A stretch of 49,703 nt of DNA from Candidatus Saccharimonadales bacterium. Its GTDB lineage: Bacteria > Patescibacteriota > Saccharimonadia > Saccharimonadales > Saccharimonadaceae. Under the pieces are notes generated by a model. The model saw nothing but the letters and a program-made list of their open reading frames with translations. It had not been told where the DNA came from and ran no database searches. Positions 28,841-36,901 of the stretch are shown piece after piece (the stretch's first letter is position 1; the number at the start of each line of letters is the position of its first letter). The DNA is taken from NCBI GenBank assembly GCA_049291395.1, contig JBATPJ010000050.1:1-49703 (forward strand), in the 5' to 3' direction. A program made the translations under genes and the position numbers.

Positions 28841-28917
28841 GGGTCCGTAGCTCAGCTGGTTAGAGCACCTGCCTTTTAAGCAGGGTGTCATGGGTTCAAG
28901 CCCCATCGGACCCTCCA
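28841..28917 (+). tRNA. tRNA-Lys (anticodon TTT), CCA encoded
   Basis: 77-nt cloverleaf: gggtccg/cggaccc acceptor, gctc-agctggtta-gagc D arm, cctgc-ct-TTT-aa-gcagg anticodon arm, atggg-ttcaagc-cccat T arm, discriminator t plus cca. Confidence 0.93.
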
Positions 28918-28925
28918 CGAATAAA

Positions 28926-28954
28926 GTTCTGTCCGAATAGGATAGGACTTTTTT
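28926..28954 (+). terminator. intrinsic terminator after tRNA-Lys
   Basis: Stem gttctgtcc/ggataggac (9 bp, two G-U pairs), loop gaata, then TTTTTT (28949-28954). Confidence 0.65.
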
Positions 28955-28971
28955 CGTGGCTGCGATCCCGA

Positions 28972-28995
28972 ATGGGGCTTGAACCCATGACACCC
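28972..28995 (+). repeat. 24-nt perfect inverted copy of the tRNA-Lys variable/T-arm region
   Basis: The sequence atggggcttgaacccatgacaccc is the exact reverse complement of 28883-28906. Confidence 0.95.
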
Positions 28996-29108
28996 GAAGG
29001 TTGGAATGGGTGAAGATTGCCAGTGGCAATCTGCAAGAGAACCTTTCAGCATAGCAACTTGTTGCTAGCTTGAAAGTTCTGGGGCCGCGGAACGTGGCCA
29101 AGCCCCAT
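28972..29108. other. unassigned highly structured intergenic element (candidate ncRNA or 3' UTR structure)
   Basis: A 9-bp closing helix (atggggctt 28972-28980 with aagccccat 29100-29108) encloses four local hairpins: acccat...atgggt, agattgcc-agt-ggcaatct, cctttcagc..tagcaac-tt-gttgcta..gcttgaaagt, and ggcc-gcggaacgt-ggcc. The transcribed strand is unknown. Confidence 0.3.
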
Positions 29109-29120
29109 CTGTTCTAAATT

Positions 29121-29609
29121 CTATTTCTTATCCTTATGATACCGTCGCCCGACGGCACCATGCACCATATACGTATCAATCAACGCAAAGACGAGCGCGG
29201 CGATGATGACATAGTTTTGCAAACGCGCCATGATCGTTAGCGTATCCCGCACGATCGGATTATCCGTCGGCAACACACTCGATAATGGCCCCAGGACAAA
29301 GAAAAGCCCGAGCAGCGCAAACCCCGTTGCCCCGATGATAGCCGCTCGCCGCGTCCGATACGTCGGGCCACCCGCCAGCAAGACAAGAGACGGTGTCATG
29401 ACGAGAAGGATACTGGCCAAACTTTCGTACGACATGCCCGGCAAAGTTAGCTCATAATTCTTCAGAGCGTCACCGAGATACCCACTGGCATATTGAGCCA
29501 GCACTGCCCCTGCGGCAAGTGACAATCCAAGCACACCAAATCGCCTCTGCGTCACAAAGGCGATCATGAACAGGATCACGGTGATAGCGATGATAACCAC
29601 TAGCGTCAT
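29121..29609 (-). CDS. hypothetical membrane protein
   Basis: 162 aa with 4-5 hydrophobic helices. It is immediately downstream of rimK and may be co-transcribed with it. Confidence 0.5.
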   Translation of the reverse strand: MTLVVIIAITVILFMIAFVTQRRFGVLGLSLAAGAVLAQYASGYLGDALKNYELTLPGMSYESLASILLVMTPSLVLLAGGPTYRTRRAAIIGATGFALLGLFFVLGPLSSVLPTDNPIVRDTLTIMARLQNYVIIAALVFALIDTYMVHGAVGRRYHKDKK

Positions 29610-29642
29610 ATCACTATCATACCACGAGGCACGACCAGAAAA

Positions 29643-30548
29643 TTACGCGCCGATTTTGTCTTTTTTGTGACTACGGCCAGCATTCATCTCGACGTAGTCG
29701 ATGATTTTGGAAGCCACGTCGCGACCAGTGATCAGCTCAGGCGTCTTGATACTAGCAGATGAGTTCACTTCGAGAACGAGAGGACCACGATCACTACGCA
29801 TCATGTCGACACCACACATCGTCAGACCCATGGCCTTTGCGGCCTTGAGCGCTGTTCGTTTCTCCTCGTCGGTCAATGTGACCGCAGCACCTTCACCGCC
29901 TTGATGGGTGTTGCTACGAAAATCGCCATCCAGACTTTGGCGCTTGATCCCAGCGACGACTCGGCCGCCGATCACCAGCACTCGTATGTCGGTTCCGGCC
30001 GATTCTTTGACAAATTCCTGGACGAGGAAGCTCACACTCTCGACATAAAACGCCTGCATTACAGCTTTGGCAGCTTTGGCTGTCTCGGCAAGCACCACGC
30101 CGTTACCGTGAGTACCGCTCGCGACTTTGATGATTAGCGGCGCACCACCAGCCAACTCGATGACATCTTCAAAACTCGCCGTCTCGCGGGCAAAGACAGT
30201 CTTCGGGATGGCCACGCCCGCCTTCGCAAGCACCTGGTAGGCGCGTAGTTTATCACGCGATCGATTGATCGCGATTGAGCTCGCTGTCGTGAAGCTCCCT
30301 TGGGCCTCAAACTGCCGCACCATCGCCGTACCGTACTTAGTGTACTTCTGTGCAATCCGTGGGATGATGGCATCGAATTTCTCGAGCGTCTCGCCCTTGT
30401 AGCGGATAACCGGCTTGTCTTTCTCGACAGCGACATAACACTTGGTATAACTAACGATCCTGACCTCGTGACCACGTGCGCGTGCTACTTCTTTGAGCCG
30501 CTTCGTCGTATAATTTGCTGAACCGTTCGACAGTATTGCGATCCTCAT
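29643..30548 (-). CDS. rimK: RimK-family ATP-grasp alpha-L-glutamate ligase
   Basis: 301 aa. Motifs MRIAILS..., PLIIKVASGTHGNGVVL, DIRVLVIGGRVV, FRSNTHQGG and CGVDMMRSDRGPLVLEVNSS. Confidence 0.85.
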   Translation of the reverse strand: MRIAILSNGSANYTTKRLKEVARARGHEVRIVSYTKCYVAVEKDKPVIRYKGETLEKFDAIIPRIAQKYTKYGTAMVRQFEAQGSFTTASSIAINRSRDKLRAYQVLAKAGVAIPKTVFARETASFEDVIELAGGAPLIIKVASGTHGNGVVLAETAKAAKAVMQAFYVESVSFLVQEFVKESAGTDIRVLVIGGRVVAGIKRQSLDGDFRSNTHQGGEGAAVTLTDEEKRTALKAAKAMGLTMCGVDMMRSDRGPLVLEVNSSASIKTPELITGRDVASKIIDYVEMNAGRSHKKDKIGA

Positions 30549-31069
30549 AATGATATATCTCCTCTTTCATTGGTGGCGTGGTATTTTTCAAAAAATGCTT
30601 CTGGGTCCCGCGATAGTTCATCGTTCAATGCCGTTGGCTTTTCCCTAGAGATCACACCTTTTGACACGTCGACAAGAAACTTCTTATTGAGCAGCGTACA
30701 TCCTATCAGAACAGGATAGGTGTTTAACGACCGATCTGCAAGCGTGAAAGAGCCTCGCAAGCGACGCCCCGCGATCACGATAGGGAGTCGTACGCGATAT
30801 CTCACCTGACGATGACCACTCGAGCTACGAACGAGATTGACAGTAAAAGATTTCGTGCGATGCTGCACCCCAGTATAATATGGCGAGCCTTTTGCAAATA
30901 ATACGAAATGTAAATAATGATCCTTATCGATAGATAACTCTGACGCCCATATCGACGACGAATCAGCTCCAGTGTCGATCTTGACCGGTACCTGTCTCAT
31001 GCCATCACTAGGAAACAACGCCTTGGCAGTTCTGCCGATAACAGTGAGTTGTTCTTGTCGTTCTTTCAT
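30545..31069 (-). CDS. retropepsin-like aspartic peptidase (the 'ATP-dependent zinc protease'/RimB-like family usually found with RimK)
   Basis: 174 aa. Motifs VPVKIDTGADSSS (D-T-G-A) and YPVLIGCTLLNKKFLVDVS. 4-nt overlaps with both neighbouring genes. Confidence 0.75.
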   Translation of the reverse strand: MKERQEQLTVIGRTAKALFPSDGMRQVPVKIDTGADSSSIWASELSIDKDHYLHFVLFAKGSPYYTGVQHRTKSFTVNLVRSSSGHRQVRYRVRLPIVIAGRRLRGSFTLADRSLNTYPVLIGCTLLNKKFLVDVSKGVISREKPTALNDELSRDPEAFFEKYHATNERGDISL

Positions 31070-32040
31070 AGCTTATTTAGATTATACTTCTTTAGCAATT
31101 TATCGACATACAATTTCGGCAAGTTATTGATTGGTTGCCCTTCAGACGGCATCATATGCAATCCGAAACTTGGCGAGGCATTGATCTCGAGCAAGTACCA
31201 TGTACGACTCGATGCATCGTACAGGAAATCCACCCCCGCAATAAATGCACCACACACGTTAGATATCTTTATCGCTTGATCTATCAGTGCCTCTGGTACT
31301 ATACCATAACACTCCACCGATCGCCCTCCGGTGCCGATATTCGCAGTGCCCACTACTTGAAAAATCTCCCCAATACCTGGGACATACGATAGTTGCGAGG
31401 CAGACAGGAATCGCATCACCGCATCAATATCGATCTTATTCATCTTTTTGGTGTAGGGTGTCTCACCGCGATCGGAGTTATGCATATTCTCATGCTCGAT
31501 AAGTTCTAGCACGGTGCTCTCGCCGTCGCCAACGACCCGGGCGGGCTCACGACTAACGACGCCGACACATTCATTATCTATCACCAACACCCTGAGATCA
31601 GTCCCATCAATCTGTTTTTGGAGTAGAATCTTTTCCGACTCACTACGCGAGAGTGCCGCTTCTACCGCTTGCTCAATTTGACGCGGCTTCGTGATGTTTG
31701 TCGTTACGCCGTTACCGTGTGCACCATCCACTGGTTTAATAACTATCCGTTTATTGACTTTTAAAAACTCTTCAGCCTGTGACACACTCTCAAAGGTCTC
31801 CGTCTCGGGAACGCTCGTCATACCGTGTTTCTTGACTACCTCATAGGTAAAATTTTTATTTTGTGCAATCGTAGAAAAAGACGCGTTTGCTATATCTGGG
31901 TTAGAACCCACGATAACACGCATCTTTCCGGCATAGTTAAAAACCATCGCTTGCGTCAAATTTAGTCTTACGATACTAACATCGATTCCTCGTTCGGTAA
32001 GCTCCTGGTAGATTGATTGCGCGGTGATCTTAAGATTCAT
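31066..32040 (-). CDS. second ATP-grasp ligase (cyanophycin-synthetase / glutathione-synthetase-like ATP-grasp domain)
   Basis: 324 aa. Motifs IVIKPVDGAHGNGV, DLRVLVIDNECVGVVSREPARVVGDG, ANIGTGG and GVDFLYDASSRTWYLLEINASPSFG. Confidence 0.75.
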   Translation of the reverse strand: MNLKITAQSIYQELTERGIDVSIVRLNLTQAMVFNYAGKMRVIVGSNPDIANASFSTIAQNKNFTYEVVKKHGMTSVPETETFESVSQAEEFLKVNKRIVIKPVDGAHGNGVTTNITKPRQIEQAVEAALSRSESEKILLQKQIDGTDLRVLVIDNECVGVVSREPARVVGDGESTVLELIEHENMHNSDRGETPYTKKMNKIDIDAVMRFLSASQLSYVPGIGEIFQVVGTANIGTGGRSVECYGIVPEALIDQAIKISNVCGAFIAGVDFLYDASSRTWYLLEINASPSFGLHMMPSEGQPINNLPKLYVDKLLKKYNLNKL

Positions 32041-32050
32041 AGGTAGATAC

Positions 32051-33622
32051 CTAGGCCGCTATCTCAAGCCCAAGACTTGAATTAAATTCACGGTGAATTG
32101 AATTCGTTGGGTCGGTCTTTGTCTTTGTCGAATTCATGAAGCTTACACGGTCATCGCGATGCGCCCACATGGACAGCACAGGGAGTACTTTACGACGACC
32201 ACGTACATAGGCAAGATCCTTGGCGAAGAACAATGCAGGAATTTCTGCCGGTAGATCACTGGGTATACTTCGCTTAATTCTAGAGAATGAGCCTGCCTGG
32301 ATCTTTTTTTCCTTTGCTATCTTATCCGCTGTTGGCTCTTCACCATCCTTAAGCTTCGTGAGCAAACCAAGACGCCATCCTATCTCCTGTGCTTCTCTCT
32401 GGGACCTATTTTCAAACTGCATCAAACCAAGATTTAGATGATGCCTCATGTTCGTTATTGTCCATTGGCTTGACCCGTCTGCTTTTATCGTGCCTTTCAT
32501 TGTCGCTTGCAGCAATGCACCTAGCCCCTCCTCGAACGTAAGATAGTCTGAGTTTTCACCTTCTAGCAGATCAGTATATATGCCAAAACCGGCAACAGGA
32601 GCATCTGTCTTCAACCCGTGGACAGTTCTTCCTGCATGGATGATAAACTCATGTATCGCAATGGCGAACAGATCATCAACCGTGTCAATAGTTTCGGCAC
32701 GTTCCGCTATCCCAACTCGTAATTCTAACGTCGATGGATCAAAGGAAATATTCGAGGCATCAGGCCTGGCGACGATACGTACTCCAGATGATCGGTCCGG
32801 GTCTATGATCGAAAGGAGACTTTCAAATATCGGAATGACGTCCCTTTTGTTATCAATAAATGGATCAATATTTTCAGCCATAGATCTCGGGAGGATGACA
32901 TGATCCCAATACTTCTGTATGACGTCACGAAACTCTTTGAAATGTTCCATGATTACTTCTCGCGTCCAATCGATAGTGAGCTGATCCATCGCTGGCAGTC
33001 GTTTATCACTTGGAGCAAAGCCTTCGACACATTGATCACCATAATTAAACCCATTGATCAGCTCGTCACGAATTATCTCGGCGCTAGGATGCAATTTCTT
33101 CGAATCAATAATTGCCCATATCTCGCCCCGGACCTCATCATGCTCGTCCTCCTGTATCTCACCATACAGTTCTTTATTCATTTCGCGATATATTTCAGCA
33201 GTAGCAGCGATATCTTCGATCGGTGCGCCATCCTCAACCTGACGATTGAGGCGACATGCTGTTTTGATAAAATACAATTCCGCCAGTCGAAAAGCAGCGG
33301 TAGAATACGTCACGTCTCGCTCTAATAGATCTTCAATCTCATCAGTGCGTCGTATCACTTCGTTGAGTGAAATAATCATCGTATCAACAGCTACTTCATC
33401 ATACAGCTTCTCCTTATATTGGAAGACAATGTAAGGTATCTCACCAACCACAAAACGGTCACGGGATGCTTCTCTCTTCGCTCCATCCGACTCGAAATAT
33501 TCATACGTTTGTACGCCAAGTGCGGGTGTTTTCTGCGGGTTCAATAGTACATCTAACGGAACTTTCCTCTCTCGAGTTAGTGCGGCTGGTTGTTCGGAGA
33601 CTGCTTCAGCATTTTGGGTCAT
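32051..33622 (-). CDS. DUF1704 / MATCAP-like metallocarboxypeptidase-family protein
   Basis: 523 aa. HEFIIH (HExxxH type, nt 32636-32653) is followed about 35 aa later by FEEGLGALLQ (QEGLA-like motif). Visibly AT-richer than flanking core genes. Confidence 0.6.
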   Translation of the reverse strand: MTQNAEAVSEQPAALTRERKVPLDVLLNPQKTPALGVQTYEYFESDGAKREASRDRFVVGEIPYIVFQYKEKLYDEVAVDTMIISLNEVIRRTDEIEDLLERDVTYSTAAFRLAELYFIKTACRLNRQVEDGAPIEDIAATAEIYREMNKELYGEIQEDEHDEVRGEIWAIIDSKKLHPSAEIIRDELINGFNYGDQCVEGFAPSDKRLPAMDQLTIDWTREVIMEHFKEFRDVIQKYWDHVILPRSMAENIDPFIDNKRDVIPIFESLLSIIDPDRSSGVRIVARPDASNISFDPSTLELRVGIAERAETIDTVDDLFAIAIHEFIIHAGRTVHGLKTDAPVAGFGIYTDLLEGENSDYLTFEEGLGALLQATMKGTIKADGSSQWTITNMRHHLNLGLMQFENRSQREAQEIGWRLGLLTKLKDGEEPTADKIAKEKKIQAGSFSRIKRSIPSDLPAEIPALFFAKDLAYVRGRRKVLPVLSMWAHRDDRVSFMNSTKTKTDPTNSIHREFNSSLGLEIAA

Positions 33623-33635
33623 AATATTATGATAT

Positions 33636-33664
33636 ATATTAACATATATGGACTATATGGTCAA
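33636..33664 (-). promoter_or_regulatory. sigma70-like promoter for the peptidase/ATP-grasp operon
   Basis: On the minus strand: TTGACC (33659-33664), a 17-nt spacer, then TAATAT (33636-33641). The -10 ends 13 nt before the ATG at 33622 and no SD is visible, so the leader is very short. Confidence 0.5.
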
Positions 33665-33717
33665 TACTAGTCGCGAACAACGCTCATTGTAAGGACCTAC
33701 TTGGCGTAGATAACATA

Positions 33718-34827
33718 TCAAAATATGCTTTTGGGTGATTTCTGAAAATCGGCTAGGATTTCCTTCTGCCTCTTACTCAATTTCGTCGGCGTATCGACGA
33801 CAATGCTCACGATATGCGCGCCTCGGGAGCTGCCGCGGAGATGTGGTACACCGTGACTGCTGAGTTTGAAGTCAGTGCCACTCTGCGTGCCGGCGGGGAC
33901 TTTCATACGCACCTCGCCATCGACAGTAGATACGTCGATCTCGGTGCCGAGTGCGGCGTCGACCATACTGACGTGCTCTTCACTCAGGATGAGGTCGCCT
34001 TCGCGGGTGAAATGCTTGTGTGGTTTGACACGGAGATTGACGTAGAGATCACCTTTGGCGCCACGAGCAATCGCTTCACCGCGTTCGCGCAGGCGAATCG
34101 TCGCACCATCGTCGACACCAGCTGGAACCTTGATCGTGATCTCTTGTTTGCGTCGCTCAGTACCACTGCCATGGCAGACAGTGCAGACCTTTTCAGGCAC
34201 CTTGCCTCGCCCGTGACAGGTCTCACAGGTAACGGCTTGCTGGATAGCGCCAAACATCGTGTTCATGACCCGCGTCCGCTGGCCAGCACCTTTGCAGGTC
34301 TCACAGGTTTTCATGTCGTAGCCTGGCTCGACTGTCGTGCCGTGACAGTGCGAACATTCATCATCGAGCGAGATTGATATCTTTTTCTCAGTACCGAAGA
34401 CCGCTTCTTCAAATGTCAAATCGAGGTGCGTCTCGACATCCCGGCCGCGTGCCGGCTGTCGTTGTTGCTGGCCGCCACCCCCGAAAAATGAGCCGAAGAT
34501 ATCTCCGAGACCACCATCACCAAAGTTAAACTCATAGCCTTGACCGTTGCCGCCAAAGCCCTGGAAGCCTTCAAACGGATTGCTACCGCCTGCACCGCCA
34601 CCAGCCGCGCCCCCGACACCAGCATGGCCGAATTGGTCGTAGCGCTGACGTTTTTGCTTGTCTTTGAGTACTTCGTAGGCTTCGTTGAGCTCTTTGAACT
34701 TCGCCTCATCACCGCCTTCTTTGTCCGGGTGATGTTTGACGGCCTGTTTGCGAAACGCCTTTTTGATCTCATCATCACTGGCGGTTTTGCCGATGCCTAA
34801 TATTTCGTAATAATCACGTTTTGTCAT
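33718..34827 (-). CDS. dnaJ: chaperone DnaJ
   Basis: J domain with HPD (KHHPDK), a G/F-rich linker and four CxxCxGxG zinc-finger motifs ([32 protein letters not shown]). Confidence 0.96.
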   Translation of the reverse strand: MTKRDYYEILGIGKTASDDEIKKAFRKQAVKHHPDKEGGDEAKFKELNEAYEVLKDKQKRQRYDQFGHAGVGGAAGGGAGGSNPFEGFQGFGGNGQGYEFNFGDGGLGDIFGSFFGGGGQQQRQPARGRDVETHLDLTFEEAVFGTEKKISISLDDECSHCHGTTVEPGYDMKTCETCKGAGQRTRVMNTMFGAIQQAVTCETCHGRGKVPEKVCTVCHGSGTERRKQEITIKVPAGVDDGATIRLRERGEAIARGAKGDLYVNLRVKPHKHFTREGDLILSEEHVSMVDAALGTEIDVSTVDGEVRMKVPAGTQSGTDFKLSSHGVPHLRGSSRGAHIVSIVVDTPTKLSKRQKEILADFQKSPKSIF

Positions 34828-34845
34828 TACTACTAGTATAAAAAA

Positions 34846-34872
34846 TTAGCACTCATTATTCAAGAGTGCTAA
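34846..34872 (-). promoter_or_regulatory. CIRCE operator (HrcA site) upstream of dnaJ
   Basis: Perfect TTAGCACTC-N9-GAGTGCTAA inverted repeat, 19 nt upstream of the dnaJ start. Confidence 0.9.
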
Positions 34873-34895
34873 TTATCTAGTGACGCCAAACTACC

Positions 34896-35669
34896 CTAGA
34901 CGCGTTTGGTAACTTTTTTGATCTGGAAATATTTGACGACTGATTGTACGAACAGGAAGAGCCCGAAGACGATGAGCCCCCACATGATCGTGTATGAGCC
35001 ACCATTTTCAGCCATGGCATAGGTCACGTAGGTGATCAGTGCACCAGCAAGAGGCCACAGTGAGCTGATCGCAATTGATCGCTGAGCCGCCTGAAGTGCT
35101 GGATTGCTGTCTTTTTTCATGAACGCCCAGCCAAATGATGCAGCAGCGAGCAGTCCTGTCGCAATTGCACTGAGAAGATAGAGTCCACCTGTCTGCTTGT
35201 CCTCATTTTCAGCTACGGCATTTTGTGTGTCAACTGATTTGTTGAATGAGTCGTGACTCGTGAAAAATGCCGTCTCGGCAGTGTTATAGGCATCCATCTT
35301 TGCCTCTACTAGTGTAGTATCATCGCCCTCCATCGCAGCGACAAACTCGTTCATCGCCGTCTTGAGCGCAGTCGCTTTTGTCTTGAGCTCTTCCGCTGCA
35401 GCGGTGTAGCCTGAGCCTAGCTCAGTGACAAATGTGTGCGTGCTCAGTATATCGAGCTTTGCTGAAGCGGTCTCGGCCTTTTGTTTGATGACATCGATAG
35501 TGGAGTTTTCGTTGCTACCCTCTTTGTCAAAGTCATCTATCGCAGCAGTCGCCGCATCAATCACGTTGATATCCGCATCATTGACATACTGCTGAGCTGC
35601 GCCAACCTGATGCACAGGCGCAACCGCGAGGCCGATCATGACCAACGCAGCGATGATACATTGTTTCAT
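34896..35669 (-). CDS. secreted/membrane-anchored helical hypothetical protein
   Basis: Start set at ATG 35669 (MKQCIIAALVMIGLAVAPVHQVGAAQ signal peptide). Ala/Glu/Lys-rich helical region, then three C-terminal TM helices. The longer tracked ORF would overlap the FKBP gene. Confidence 0.55.
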   Translation of the reverse strand: MKQCIIAALVMIGLAVAPVHQVGAAQQYVNDADINVIDAATAAIDDFDKEGSNENSTIDVIKQKAETASAKLDILSTHTFVTELGSGYTAAAEELKTKATALKTAMNEFVAAMEGDDTTLVEAKMDAYNTAETAFFTSHDSFNKSVDTQNAVAENEDKQTGGLYLLSAIATGLLAAASFGWAFMKKDSNPALQAAQRSIAISSLWPLAGALITYVTYAMAENGGSYTIMWGLIVFGLFLFVQSVVKYFQIKKVTKRV

Positions 35670-35729
35670 GCTGTCACTGTAGCGTGCTGAAGGGCGGCTG
35701 AAAAGGAGTAAATATCGTATACTAGTACT

Positions 35730-36104
35730 ATGACAAAATACGAAGGAACCAAACTCAGCAAATTTGAACCAATCGACCACGTCGATACACTGCAGATCAC
35801 CGATATCGAAGTTGGTACCGGCGCCGAAGTCCAGCCTGGCGCAACTATCTCTGCTCATTATACTGGTGCGTTATGCAAAAATGGCGTTATCTTCCAAAGC
35901 AGCCATGACTTCGGAAATCCGATAACATTTGGCCTCGACCAAGTGATCCGCGGCTGGACTGATGGCGTTCCTGGCATGCGCGTCGGCGGTTGGCGTCGGC
36001 TGGTCATCCCAGCTGCTCAGGCGTATGGCGATCGCAGCCCGTCACCAAATATCCCTGCTGGCAGCGATCTCGTCTTTGATATCGAGCTCATGGCTATCGT
36101 GTAG
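35730..36104 (+). CDS. FKBP-type peptidyl-prolyl cis-trans isomerase
   Basis: 124 aa. Motifs ISAHYTGAL..NGVIFQSS and FGLDQVIRGWTDGVPGMRVGGWRRLVIPAAQAYG. Confidence 0.9.
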   Translation: MTKYEGTKLSKFEPIDHVDTLQITDIEVGTGAEVQPGATISAHYTGALCKNGVIFQSSHDFGNPITFGLDQVIRGWTDGVPGMRVGGWRRLVIPAAQAYGDRSPSPNIPAGSDLVFDIELMAIV

Positions 36105-36144
36105 TTTGTAGTAATATCTGTTGGCCATCTGGTACACTGAAGGC

Positions 36145-36900
36145 ATGAAGAAAATTGTTTCAGTACGTGACCTCGCCAAGGTCTACGACGGCAAACGAGT
36201 CGTCGATGGCATTAGTTTTGACGTCGAACAAGGCGAAATATTTGGTATCTTGGGGCCAAACGGCGCCGGCAAGACGACAACGCTCGAAATGCTCGAGACA
36301 CTTCGTTCTATCGACGAGGGGAGCGCTACTGTCTCGGATGTCGATGTCGAGAAACACCCAGAGAAGATCAAGCGCCTGATCGGCGTCCAGCCTCAAAGTC
36401 CAGCCTTTCAGGACAAGACAAAAGTCCATGAAGTCATCGAACTGTTCGCCGCCGCCTATGGCAAGCGTGTCGACGCTATGAAATTTTTGCGCGACGTCGA
36501 CCTCGAGGGTAAAGCAAATGCCTACGTCGAACAGTTATCTGGTGGTCAGAAACAACGCCTTAGTATCACCACCGCGCTTGTCCACGGGCCAAAAGTCTTT
36601 TTCCTCGATGAGCCAACTACCGGCCTCGACCCGCAAGCTCGTCGTCACCTCTGGGATCTTATCAAAGAGGTGCGTGACCGCGGCGTCAGCGTCATTATGA
36701 CGACACACTATATGGACGAAGCTGAGATCCTGTGCGATCGTATCGCCGTCATGGACGAGGGACGTATCGTGGCACTTGATACACCGAAAAATCTGGTCAA
36801 ATCACTACTCAAACGTGGTTTTACGAAAAAGCAGCATGTCGAACAGGCCAACCTCGAAGACGTGTTTATCGACCTAACCGGAAAGGCCTTAAGGGACTAA
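36145..36900 (+). CDS. ABC transporter ATP-binding protein (ABC-2 exporter type)
   Basis: Walker A GPNGAGKTT, signature LSGGQKQRL, Walker B FFLDEPTTGLD. Start set at ATG 36145. Confidence 0.92.
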   Translation: MKKIVSVRDLAKVYDGKRVVDGISFDVEQGEIFGILGPNGAGKTTTLEMLETLRSIDEGSATVSDVDVEKHPEKIKRLIGVQPQSPAFQDKTKVHEVIELFAAAYGKRVDAMKFLRDVDLEGKANAYVEQLSGGQKQRLSITTALVHGPKVFFLDEPTTGLDPQARRHLWDLIKEVRDRGVSVIMTTHYMDEAEILCDRIAVMDEGRIVALDTPKNLVKSLLKRGFTKKQHVEQANLEDVFIDLTGKALRD

Positions 36901-36901
36901 T

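Noticed and set aside
28829-29101. 90-aa minus-strand ORF
   Set aside because: It runs antisense across the tRNA-Lys gene, its terminator and the structured element. An RNA-level explanation is far better supported.
28955-29110. Possibility that the structured element is tmRNA, SRP RNA, RNase P RNA, 6S RNA or a second (minus-strand) tRNA
   Set aside because: There is no GGAAAGUCCGG-type RNase P core. There is no SRP helix-8 GNRA/AGCA arrangement. There is no tmRNA acceptor pairing or tag reading frame. No 5' acceptor strand complements the sequence after the T-arm copy. The element is also too short for RNase P or tmRNA. It is left unassigned.
33814-34377. 187-aa plus-strand ORF inside dnaJ, and 270-aa ORF inside dnaK (40056-40868)
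   Set aside because: They are antisense shadow ORFs of unmistakable chaperone genes.
35670-35858. 5' extension of the tracked 320-aa ORF
   Set aside because: It would overlap the convergent-looking FKBP gene start region. The internal ATG at 35669 gives a clean signal peptide.
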